A DNA stretch of 64,000 nucleotides from a virus: IMG/VR virus record IMGVR_UViG_3300028173_000007, positions 1 to 64,000 of that record. The stretch is one strand, 5' to 3'. A program made the translations under genes and the position numbers. Positions 27,801 through 35,117 of this stretch are shown here, in pieces (the stretch's first letter is position 1; each line of letters starts with the position of its first letter). Below the pieces are notes generated by a model. The model saw only the letters and a list, made by a program, of their open reading frames with translations, was not told where the DNA came from and ran no database searches.

Positions 27801-30800
27801 TCAAGTGGGCCCGCGCGGTGTTGTCGCAGATCAAGGCGGCCGGCCCCAACGCCGTGCGCGACACCCCCCCGCACCCCGGCAAGGGGAGCGCCACCGCGAC
27901 CGCAGAGAAGTTCCTCGCCCGGCTGCGCGACCAGAACAGCCATTGGGGCGGAGACGACCGCAACGACGTGGGCGATGCCATCGTGAAGGAGGGCCGAAAC
28001 AAGCGGACGGGGGCCGCGGAGCACGTCGTCAACTTCACGACCCGCCGCGGCCGCGAGGACCACCAGCGGCTCGGGGCCATCGCGACCGGCTTCGGCGGCC
28101 AGATGGTGCGGCGCAAGGGCTTCGTGTTCGCCACGCCTGAGAAGGCGCGCGCCTTCGCGGAGGCGCACGCCATCCACCACGGCACGGGCTCGCCCTACAG
28201 CGCCAGCAAGGCGGCCCAGGAGCCCGAGGGCGGCAAGCGGGGGCCCGGCGGTGAGCTCACCCCCGACGAGCTCGCCCAGCGCCGGGAGAACGCCGCGAAG
28301 CGCAAGGGGACGGGAAAGCCCGACGACGCGCCCAAGGCGAAGCCGAAGAAGGCCGACGAGCCCAAGGCGAAGCACCACCACGACGGTTGGCCCGAGGACC
28401 AGTACCAGCGCGCGCAGGCCTTCCGGCGCGCGCTCTATGAGGGCCCGATCAAGCTCGGGAACGGCGGCCAGGTGGAGACCACCGACACGGGAGTCAAGGT
28501 CACGCACCCCGACGGGCGTGAACACGAGATGCGCGTCCCCAGGATCGACCGCGACAACACGGCGATTGAGGCCGCGGAGAACGGCGGGCCCGTGATCGCG
28601 GCGCCCCTGGGCAGGATGGAGGGCTACACCGCGAAGGCCGACGGCCTCCCGGTGGGGGGCCGCGCTCACATCGCGTACAACAAGGGCCAGGACGCCCTCG
28701 CCAAGCTCCACGCGCACGCCAGCGCACGGGCCCGCGGTGAGAAGGTGGACGCCGGCGAGCTCCACGACGCGGCCGAGGCCGTCACGCGACACGCCCAGGC
28801 CGTCGAGGCGGCCCACACCCGCCGCGGGAAGCCGCGGGACGCGGCCCTGCGGAAGCGCGGAAGTCTGATCGCGCAGCGAGACGCCGTGCTCTCCAGCGCC
28901 CAGGATGCCGTCGCGTTCCACGGCCAAGGCAAGCCCGACCCCGAGGCCTTCCACGCCTGGGCCAAGGACAAGAGCCCCGAGAAGCTCGTAGACCTGGCCG
29001 CGAAGGTCACCGGGGAGGGCGGGCACCCCGCCGCAACTGAGCTCGCCTTCGGCAAGGTGCCGGCGCACGACATCGTGCGCGCCGCGATGGACAGCATCGG
29101 CAAGACCGGCTCTCGTGCCCGAAGCATCCCCGCCACCATGCGGCGCGCGGTCCATGCCCTCGGCCACCTGGCGGGGGAGCACCGCGGACACGAGAGCATG
29201 GCCCTCGGCGCGGCCTGGACCGACCTTCCCGACGCGGTGTTGGAGGGGATCAAGACCCGAGGCCGCACCGCAGACGGCAAAGACTGGCACCCCAACGGCC
29301 AGCGGAAGCGCGCCGCGGAGAACGCCGTCGGTGAGCTCCGCGCCCGCGACAACGCCGCCCAGCGGCTCGGCGTGCCCCGTGTCGAGGTTCAGCCGAAGGT
29401 GGGGGTCAACGGCACCGAGCTCAGTCACTTGGCGGCGGGCATGAGCGACCTTCGCAAGCGGGCCAGCGCCGGCGACAAGCACGCGGAGGGCGAGATCAAG
29501 ATGCGCGGCATGGCCGCCGATCTCCTGGGCCACGGGAAGCACGTCCTCGACTCCCTGCACGACCACGGCGGCGTGCATGAGGTGTTCGGCGGCGACCACG
29601 AACACATCAAAGCGCCGGACGGGAGCACCTACCGCCGGAACACGGGCCACGCCGGCGAGACGACGTGGAAGAAGGTCGGCGCGGACGGCACGACCGGCGA
29701 GTCGTGGAACCGCGGGGCGAGCCGCGCGGCTCTCGAAAAGCAGCACGGCACCGACGGGTGGGGCGACGCCAACGAGACGAAAGAGCAGGCCCACGGCCGG
29801 CTACTGGCCGACCTGAGCACGCAAGCCGGGCAGACGAGGCGGACGCCTGGGCGAAAGGAGCTCAGCGGGTACGACAAGACGGGGATCGCGATCCGCCAGC
29901 ACCTCGAAGGCTCGAAGCTCATCGAGCACGACGAGCACGGCCCCGTGTCGCTCGGCCAGGTGGCCGAGGTCATGGACCGGCACCAGAACGTCGCGGAGGC
30001 CGGCTCGAAGCGCGACAACATCCCCTCGCCCAACTGGCCGGCGAAGCTCTCCGACGAGCGCCTGGGCGAGATCGTGAAGCACCGCAACGAGCCCGGTCTA
30101 CACGACCGCTTCCACCGGGAGCAGACCGCGCGCGCCGATCACGAGCTCCACCAGGGCGACCACGGCGATCACGAGGCGGCGAAGTCCGGTAACGGCTGGA
30201 CGGTCAAGAAGGGCGGAAAGCACACCGGGATCAAGGCCGACACGAAGGGCGAAGCCCTGCACGCGGCCGGGATGCTCCACCGAGGGGACTCGGGCGAGGA
30301 CGTAGAGCACGCCCTCGCCACGGGCACGGCGAAGCGCGCGGTGGGCGTCTACAAGGAACGCCGGCGCCAGGCCGCCGCGGGGGCCGACGCGGCCAGCCTG
30401 CACGCCATGACGCAGGCGACGGCGCCCGCCGCCGGTGAGTTCAACGTCGAGGCGAAGCCGCACACGACCCGAGCGAAGGCGGCCGCCCGCATGGCGAAGT
30501 TCGCCAGCACCGAGGATGATCGCGTCAACTTGCAGAGCTACCATGTGAAGGATGGGCACGCCACCGCGACGGACGGGCACCGCCTGGCCAGTATCCCCGT
30601 GAAGGGTGACCACGAGGACGGGGCGACCTACCGAGCTCACGGCGACGCGGTGCCGAAGCACATCGAGGGCGACGCCGAGAAGGTGGCCGCGTGGCACAAG
30701 GGCTGGGGCCGAGGCTCGCAGAGCGACGTGAACTTCCCCGACTACACGCAGGTCACGCCCAAGGGGCACCCCCACGTCGATCACGTCGATGCGAAGCACC

Positions 30801-31141
30801 TCACGACCGCACTTCGGATGCTCAAGCCGCACATGGACGGGAAGGTCCCCCACATGCGCCTTGAACGGAAGGACGGGAAGCTCTACGCCACCGCCGACGT
30901 GGGCCACGCGGTAGACGGCGGCGTGGCACGCATCCACCTGGGCGACACCTCGCACCCTGACGGGCAGGTGGGCATCAATCACAAGTACCTCTCCGACGCG
31001 ACGCAGGGCGCAAAGGGCACGGTCCAGATCAAGACCGGGAGCATGAAGCCCCGAGCCGACGACAGCGACCACGGCCTCGCGCCGATGGCCGTACACCGCG
31101 AGGACGGCGAGAAGCACATCATCATGCCGCTGCGCGTGTGA
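24797..31141 (+). CDS. KGAGHKY-tagged giant polyvalent protein 7 (2114 aa) with C-terminal DnaN beta-clamp-like domain (start may be ATG 24809)
   Basis: LTK|G and LVK|GAGHKYLRR..WRYFY; C-terminus ATDGHRLA..FPDY..V..P..GINHKYL.D..IIMPLRV. Confidence 0.85.
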   Translation: MRTPMDPFDTRSLRFTRPLPVELTKGMEPGDEFVPVSKYLGVLLWVGQSGELVKGAGHKYLRRVPDGRGGWRYFYNVAGGGGLGHHDEMQAGAKFKLAHNGQAGHFEVHEDHGDRVTIRHDESGHETRVSKKALRAMLHKEHAQAVTAHTAKVKEDLAAVAKHGTAGQKKRLQARADKYGHTRHLLREQEKHGKTAEGHTRSGREIPHVDSHGDERDEATEDWGQEDHDDAARHHAAAARGAGAGAAHVKAAHLAAAAHHREAASTVPIKKLDEDERDLALDVIGRLRREIGKLKSGLEAGAKEEQRFGGHSVFRTHHGMHSFTAPTGADKGKIAEAWITSHLERVGHEAMKEAADKHYGGENEDAPHEHGIPENVLRAVRATLRPEVVSAWSMGGIKLMDDGQAQKKAAAAASATGKQAVADKAKRAEAKKARAAEKKAARAEKARAEAKPEDDPKRGPDGELTEKEKEQRRENARRRKGTGKPDEPKKGRAPAFDNETWAKKYGKHAENVEVVGGHMTVWQMGQSGSMGTRGNWYVTAPNGKNVGRAASAEKAREVAEQKAAQHKPLGAGEVLDEIRKRGGHGIADGMHADAKERTEGHYTATTHTGKKIPKGGPGEHTEGWSSAEHSSAAAWHKKQEDAKRADPRSSLEDANHHGRMAEAHLGAYTAIHEGRTKARKAKDLAALKADPKARFHDALASTGYGPGGRGYEAVRDYIGLANSPEEAGTLAAALDYSGEAGARSFEALAARALKVSPAELVTRKRAHAAAGAAAGGAKGDEPKRVGGELTEKEKEQRRENARRRRKFTPIDPKKAAVPEHLRAGTAAQVGENIAANAKLASTDDERQNVRDHVSRLLAAGTITSEAGERAYLAAGLTKDGGFKAAEPAPKAEPAPKGREARQAEHKRRGGEAATAHQAVADHQSAWIKEQGGSAKLRERGIRRMDQIPVPDELKMKRQKARDAVAAHHHENGGAGGFTAAAINDATAFIKRSEASGGNFEVLKWARAVLSQIKAAGPNAVRDTPPHPGKGSATATAEKFLARLRDQNSHWGGDDRNDVGDAIVKEGRNKRTGAAEHVVNFTTRRGREDHQRLGAIATGFGGQMVRRKGFVFATPEKARAFAEAHAIHHGTGSPYSASKAAQEPEGGKRGPGGELTPDELAQRRENAAKRKGTGKPDDAPKAKPKKADEPKAKHHHDGWPEDQYQRAQAFRRALYEGPIKLGNGGQVETTDTGVKVTHPDGREHEMRVPRIDRDNTAIEAAENGGPVIAAPLGRMEGYTAKADGLPVGGRAHIAYNKGQDALAKLHAHASARARGEKVDAGELHDAAEAVTRHAQAVEAAHTRRGKPRDAALRKRGSLIAQRDAVLSSAQDAVAFHGQGKPDPEAFHAWAKDKSPEKLVDLAAKVTGEGGHPAATELAFGKVPAHDIVRAAMDSIGKTGSRARSIPATMRRAVHALGHLAGEHRGHESMALGAAWTDLPDAVLEGIKTRGRTADGKDWHPNGQRKRAAENAVGELRARDNAAQRLGVPRVEVQPKVGVNGTELSHLAAGMSDLRKRASAGDKHAEGEIKMRGMAADLLGHGKHVLDSLHDHGGVHEVFGGDHEHIKAPDGSTYRRNTGHAGETTWKKVGADGTTGESWNRGASRAALEKQHGTDGWGDANETKEQAHGRLLADLSTQAGQTRRTPGRKELSGYDKTGIAIRQHLEGSKLIEHDEHGPVSLGQVAEVMDRHQNVAEAGSKRDNIPSPNWPAKLSDERLGEIVKHRNEPGLHDRFHREQTARADHELHQGDHGDHEAAKSGNGWTVKKGGKHTGIKADTKGEALHAAGMLHRGDSGEDVEHALATGTAKRAVGVYKERRRQAAAGADAASLHAMTQATAPAAGEFNVEAKPHTTRAKAAARMAKFASTEDDRVNLQSYHVKDGHATATDGHRLASIPVKGDHEDGATYRAHGDAVPKHIEGDAEKVAAWHKGWGRGSQSDVNFPDYTQVTPKGHPHVDHVDAKHLTTALRMLKPHMDGKVPHMRLERKDGKLYATADVGHAVDGGVARIHLGDTSHPDGQVGINHKYLSDATQGAKGTVQIKTGSMKPRADDSDHGLAPMAVHREDGEKHIIMPLRV

Positions 31142-31413
31142 CGGTGGACGAACCGCGTTCAATCCGGTGCGGCTCGTGTGGCCACACCATCGGGGCTCAC
31201 CAGGGCGGCCGGCTCAAGTTGCGCGTGCGTGTCCTGGCGTTCGGGCCGGACGGCGCCGCGAAGGCCCCGTGCCCGCGCTGTAAGCGCGACACGCCGGTTC
31301 CGGTGGAGCTCGCCCCCGAGTACCGGCCGGCAGCCCTCAACCGCCAGTCTCGGGCCGCAGCCGCGCGAGCTCGGGCCGCGGCCAGGTTGACGCACGCGCC
31401 CGAGACGCCTTAG
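31138..31413 (+). CDS. Com-like zinc-ribbon protein
   Basis: SIRCGSCGH..CPRCKR matches the CxxC..CPRCK pattern of phage Mu Com-family proteins; GTGA overlap. Confidence 0.65.
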   Translation: MTVDEPRSIRCGSCGHTIGAHQGGRLKLRVRVLAFGPDGAAKAPCPRCKRDTPVPVELAPEYRPAALNRQSRAAAARARAAARLTHAPETP

Positions 31414-31416
31414 CCT
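31387..31416 (+). promoter_or_regulatory. Sigma70-like promoter TTGACG-N18-TAGCCT upstream of the head operon
   Basis: -35 at 31387-31392 and -10 at 31411-31416, just before a ~110-nt non-coding gap. Confidence 0.55.
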
Positions 31417-31474
31417 CTCGGGCAGACGCGATAGCGACACTCATTAGCGGCCTAGTCCCCCAGGGGACACCGAG

Positions 31475-31507
31475 AGGCGCCCAGGGGAGACCCTGTGGCG
31501 CCTTTTT
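31475..31507 (+). terminator. Intrinsic terminator-like hairpin in the protease leader
   Basis: AGGCGCC-CAGGG-[GAGA]-CCCTG-t-GGCGCCT followed by TTTT; GNRA tetraloop. Confidence 0.7.
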
Positions 31508-31525
31508 GCGTTTGGAGAGCCCGGC

Positions 31526-32377
31526 GTGACCATGCCAGCCCCCAGCCCCACAACCCGCCTTCACGGGTGGATGCCGTGGGAGGCCTTTTTCAAGGCCGAC
31601 GCGCCCAAGGGCAAGCGGCTACGCATTCGCGGCATCGTGAGCACCGAGCACCGAGACCTACAAGGCGAGGTGGTCGTGCAGGCCGGCCTCGACTGCTCCC
31701 CGATCTCGCAAGGCCGCGGGTGGTTCAACGACAATCACCGCCGCGAGACGGGCCAGGAGCTCGGCATCCCGACGAAGGTGTGGCGAACGAAGGTCAAGGG
31801 CGTACCGGCGACGGCCGTCGAGGGCTACCTGCTCGACACGCCCGAGGGCCGGCGCGTGTGGACGAACGCGCGCGCTCTCGCGGGGACCGGCCGCAACTAC
31901 GGTTTCAGCGTCGAGGGCGCGATCCTCGAACGGGACGTGACCGACCAGAAACGGATCGTCCGCTCGGTTGCCCGGCAGATCGCGATCACCCGTTGCCCGG
32001 TCAACCCGAACACCGAACTTGAACCAATCGCCAAGAGCCTCACGGCGCACATGGAGAAGGCCGTCCGCTTGGGCGCCGCCTTCCCTGGCGCCAGCGGCCA
32101 GCCTGGCCAGATGGGCGCGCTGGTGCCGCAGGACCTCGGCCGTCGGGCCGACGGCCACGACGACGAAGTGCAGTTCTTCGGGGGCCTGGCCTTCGATTGG
32201 GCCGCGTTCGCGCGGTCTCACAGCGCATCGGACGCCCTCAGAAACGGGCGCCGTCGCACACGTCCCCGCCTGGAGAAATCCCAGGCAGTCGCCTATGTCC
32301 GCGCGCGGCTCCCCGGTGCCACCGACGCGCAGATCAGAACCATCCTCGCCGGCGCGTCCGGCGCAACTGGAGCGTGA
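31526..32377 (+). CDS. Prohead (capsid maturation) serine protease
   Basis: IRGIVSTEHRDLQGEVV..WFNDNH..GFSVEG..IAITRCPVNPNT (His/Ser, HK97/herpes-assemblin type); located between portal and capsid. Confidence 0.9.
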   Translation: MTMPAPSPTTRLHGWMPWEAFFKADAPKGKRLRIRGIVSTEHRDLQGEVVVQAGLDCSPISQGRGWFNDNHRRETGQELGIPTKVWRTKVKGVPATAVEGYLLDTPEGRRVWTNARALAGTGRNYGFSVEGAILERDVTDQKRIVRSVARQIAITRCPVNPNTELEPIAKSLTAHMEKAVRLGAAFPGASGQPGQMGALVPQDLGRRADGHDDEVQFFGGLAFDWAAFARSHSASDALRNGRRRTRPRLEKSQAVAYVRARLPGATDAQIRTILAGASGATGA

Positions 32378-32379
32378 AC

Positions 32380-33177
32380 ATGGAGATCCTGCCCTACCTC
32401 AAAAGCATGGCGAAGGGTGGCGACAAGGCCGCGCTGGCGTGCCTCAAGTCGATGGCCGGTGACGGCAACGACGACGCGGCCGATGCGGTCCACGAGCTCG
32501 AAGGCGGCGACGTGGACGGCGGGAACGGCTCGGAGGCCGGCGACGCCCTCAACGGCGAGTTCGGCAAGTCGGAGGACTTCGGCCCCCTGTTCGACCTCGA
32601 CGCCCTCGACAACGAGATCGCGGACGCGGAGCCCTTCGCCAAGTCGGAGGACTACCCCGAGGTGCCCGACGCCCGCGAGATCATCGGCGCCCAGGATGGC
32701 GTCGCGGCCGCGATGGCGATGGACGCCGACGATCTCGTCGAGGGCTTCGTCAAGGGCGTGTCGGAGGCCATCGACCGCCTCGGTGACGCGACCCTGTGGA
32801 ACGGGACCGGCGTGGAGGCGATGGCGAAGTCCGTCACCGCCATTGGCGAGATCCTGCACGCGCAGACCGACGCCCTCGGCGAGCTCCGCAAGGGCATGAC
32901 CGAGCTCCGCGCCACCTTCCTGAGCCGCGGCGCCGGCCTGGCCGGCGTGGACGCGGCGCAGCCCGCGGCCCGCCCCCGTCTGCGCAAGTCGCTGGACGAC
33001 GACGCGCTGGGGGCCCCCAGCGCCGGTGACGACCTGAACACGTTGCGGAAGTCGCTCCGCACCATGCGCGGCGCGACCTCCCGCGACGACACGGCGAAGC
33101 AGGCCATGATCGGCGAGGCCCTCGAAGACCTGACCATCGGCGAGACGGCGCGTGCGCGCGCCCTCGTGGCCGGCTGA
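32380..33177 (+). CDS. Capsid scaffolding protein (265 aa)
   Basis: GGAG RBS and ATG 32380 (the ORF track starts too early); acidic, helical, between protease and capsid; repeated hydrophobic-x-K|S/G sites. Confidence 0.8.
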   Translation: MEILPYLKSMAKGGDKAALACLKSMAGDGNDDAADAVHELEGGDVDGGNGSEAGDALNGEFGKSEDFGPLFDLDALDNEIADAEPFAKSEDYPEVPDAREIIGAQDGVAAAMAMDADDLVEGFVKGVSEAIDRLGDATLWNGTGVEAMAKSVTAIGEILHAQTDALGELRKGMTELRATFLSRGAGLAGVDAAQPAARPRLRKSLDDDALGAPSAGDDLNTLRKSLRTMRGATSRDDTAKQAMIGEALEDLTIGETARARALVAG

Positions 33178-33252
33178 CACACAACCTGCGCGGCGCGTAG
33201 GGCCGCACTCGGACCACCGGGCGCCTGGCGCTCTCAGATTGGAGAAACCATC

Positions 33253-34758
33253 GTGGAAATTGCGGACATTTTCGGCGGACAGGCCGAGGTCACCGGCGCC
33301 GGCGTCGCGGCGGCGCTCGGGAAGGGCTCGGTGGGCGAGCTCCTCAAGTCGATGAGCGTCGGGGCGACGTTCCCGGCCCAGATCGGGGACCTCAACCCCG
33401 GTCAACTGATGGCGACGGTCCCCCAGGACCTCGACGACGTGCTCCACAACATGAGCTTCGACCCGCGGAAGCACACCTTCCTGTTCCGCGAGACCCACCA
33501 CGACAAGGTGTGGAGCACGGTTCACCAGTACGTCCGCAAGCAGTCGCAGGGCTCGCTCGGCCGTCGGTTCATGTTCCACCAGGAGGGCGGCCTGCCGCCC
33601 GAGTCGGACAGCACCTACACGCTGGAGCAGGTCGCGATGAAGTTCGCCGGCTCCGTCCGGCGGCTCCCGATCCAGGCGCGGCTCGTGAAGTCCATCGCGG
33701 GTAACACCGTGAAGGCCCAGAACAAGGACGGGGCCGAAGAAATCCTCGCCGGCATCGAGTGGGCGATGCTCTACGGCAACCCGACCGTGAACCCGATGAC
33801 CTTCGAGGGGATCAAGCAGTCGATGATCCGCGAGGGGATCAGCCTCGACGCCGGCGGCATCGCGCCCACCGAGGCGCTCATCGATGAGGGCATGGAGCGG
33901 ATCACCGAGCGGCCCAACTGGGGCTACCCGACCGACATCCTGTGCAGCCCCCGGATGCACAAGACGATCCGGCAGGTCTACGCGCCCCGAATGCGCTCCA
34001 TGCTCGGCAAGGCCTTTCACCCCAACTACAGCTTGAAGGGCATGACCTTCGATCACTGTGCCGAGGGTGACGAGGTGCGGATTCGGAAGCACCCGCTCGC
34101 CATCGAAGAAGCCCCCGTGTGCGACGAGCTCGGGGCCGGCCCCGACCCGAGCAAGCGCCCCGTGCTCCCCATCGTGATCAGCCAGCCCACGCCGGCCAAC
34201 GACGCGGACAGCCTGTACGGCAACGGCCAGGCGGCGCGCGCCGGCGGCGTGGTCAAGTACCGCGCCGTGGCCATCAACGAGTACGGGATGAGCGTCCCCC
34301 TGACCCTCAACGACGCCAACATCGGCGCCGGCCAGTCCGCGCCCTTCACGATCAAGGATGGCGCCGTCCCCGGCGCGCTGAACCGGGCGACCGGCTTCAT
34401 CATCTACCGCACCGAGCCGGGCCTGCTCGCGCCCACCGCCACGCAGATCGACGAGATCAGCGCGGCCAGCGGCGCGAACGTGACCTACACCGACCGCGCC
34501 GAGAACCTGCCGGGGTGCTCCGACCTGTTCCTCCTGAGCAACAACCGCGAGGCCTTGTGCTGGAAGCAGTTGCTCCCCTTCTTCAACTTCCCGCTGGGGA
34601 ACCTCGACACGTCCTACCGCTGGGCGCTGCTCCTGTTCGGGGCCCTCAAGATCGCGTTGCCCCGGCACCACGCCGTGATCCGCAACGTGAAGCCCGACCT
34701 CGCGCTGCGCCAGGTCTTCGGGCCCGGCGATCAGAGCTCGGCCCAGGCCAACCTGTAG
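33253..34758 (+). CDS. Major capsid protein (SPO1/Twort/A511-like)
   Basis: LLK|SMSVG N-terminal processing-like site; STVHQY..EGGLP..DSTY..MKF..IEWAMLYGN..FEGI; YRAVAINEYGMS insertion. Confidence 0.9.
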   Translation: MEIADIFGGQAEVTGAGVAAALGKGSVGELLKSMSVGATFPAQIGDLNPGQLMATVPQDLDDVLHNMSFDPRKHTFLFRETHHDKVWSTVHQYVRKQSQGSLGRRFMFHQEGGLPPESDSTYTLEQVAMKFAGSVRRLPIQARLVKSIAGNTVKAQNKDGAEEILAGIEWAMLYGNPTVNPMTFEGIKQSMIREGISLDAGGIAPTEALIDEGMERITERPNWGYPTDILCSPRMHKTIRQVYAPRMRSMLGKAFHPNYSLKGMTFDHCAEGDEVRIRKHPLAIEEAPVCDELGAGPDPSKRPVLPIVISQPTPANDADSLYGNGQAARAGGVVKYRAVAINEYGMSVPLTLNDANIGAGQSAPFTIKDGAVPGALNRATGFIIYRTEPGLLAPTATQIDEISAASGANVTYTDRAENLPGCSDLFLLSNNREALCWKQLLPFFNFPLGNLDTSYRWALLLFGALKIALPRHHAVIRNVKPDLALRQVFGPGDQSSAQANL

Positions 34759-34760
34759 CC

Positions 34761-34796
34761 GGTTGAGACGGGCGCCGGCTGGCGCCCGTCTCAACC
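34761..34796 (+). terminator. Perfect 16-bp inverted repeat right after the capsid stop (terminator or mRNA stabiliser)
   Basis: GGTTGAGACGGGCGCC-GGCT-GGCGCCCGTCTCAACC; no U-tract. Confidence 0.75.
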
Positions 34797-34865
34797 CTCC
34801 CGCTTGGGTGCGGTTGCCCGCCCGCGGCCCCTGTGCTCACACCTGCCGGGCATGGAGCGGCTTTC

Positions 34866-35114
34866 ATGCCCACGTTCACAGCCCACAACCCTTGTGCCTC
34901 GGGGCCAGTCCGAACGTCGCATGGCGTCTTCGAGGCCATCGACGGCACAATCACATTCGTTGGCGCTCCCGAGCTCGCAGACTACTTCCGCTCGACGGGG
35001 TGGGAGGTCGTCGTGCAGACTCCACCGAAGCCCGCCGCACCGAAGCGGGCGCCGAAGCGCGGACGCAAGCCGAAGGCGGCCGCGGAGACGCCCCCGAGCG
35101 GGGGCGAGGGGTAA
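34866..35114 (+). CDS. Small protein with basic Pro/Lys/Arg tail following the capsid gene
   Basis: GGAG RBS then ATG 34866, in the frame of ORF 34833..35114. Confidence 0.65.
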   Translation: MPTFTAHNPCASGPVRTSHGVFEAIDGTITFVGAPELADYFRSTGWEVVVQTPPKPAAPKRAPKRGRKPKAAAETPPSGGEG

Positions 35115-35117
35115 CCG

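Noticed and set aside
32293-34794. Very long minus-strand ORFs (also 27362..29794, 36443..39043, 6494..8419, 16518..18473)
   Set aside because: They mirror well-supported + strand genes. High GC3 removes antisense stop codons, and their translations show no recognisable motifs.
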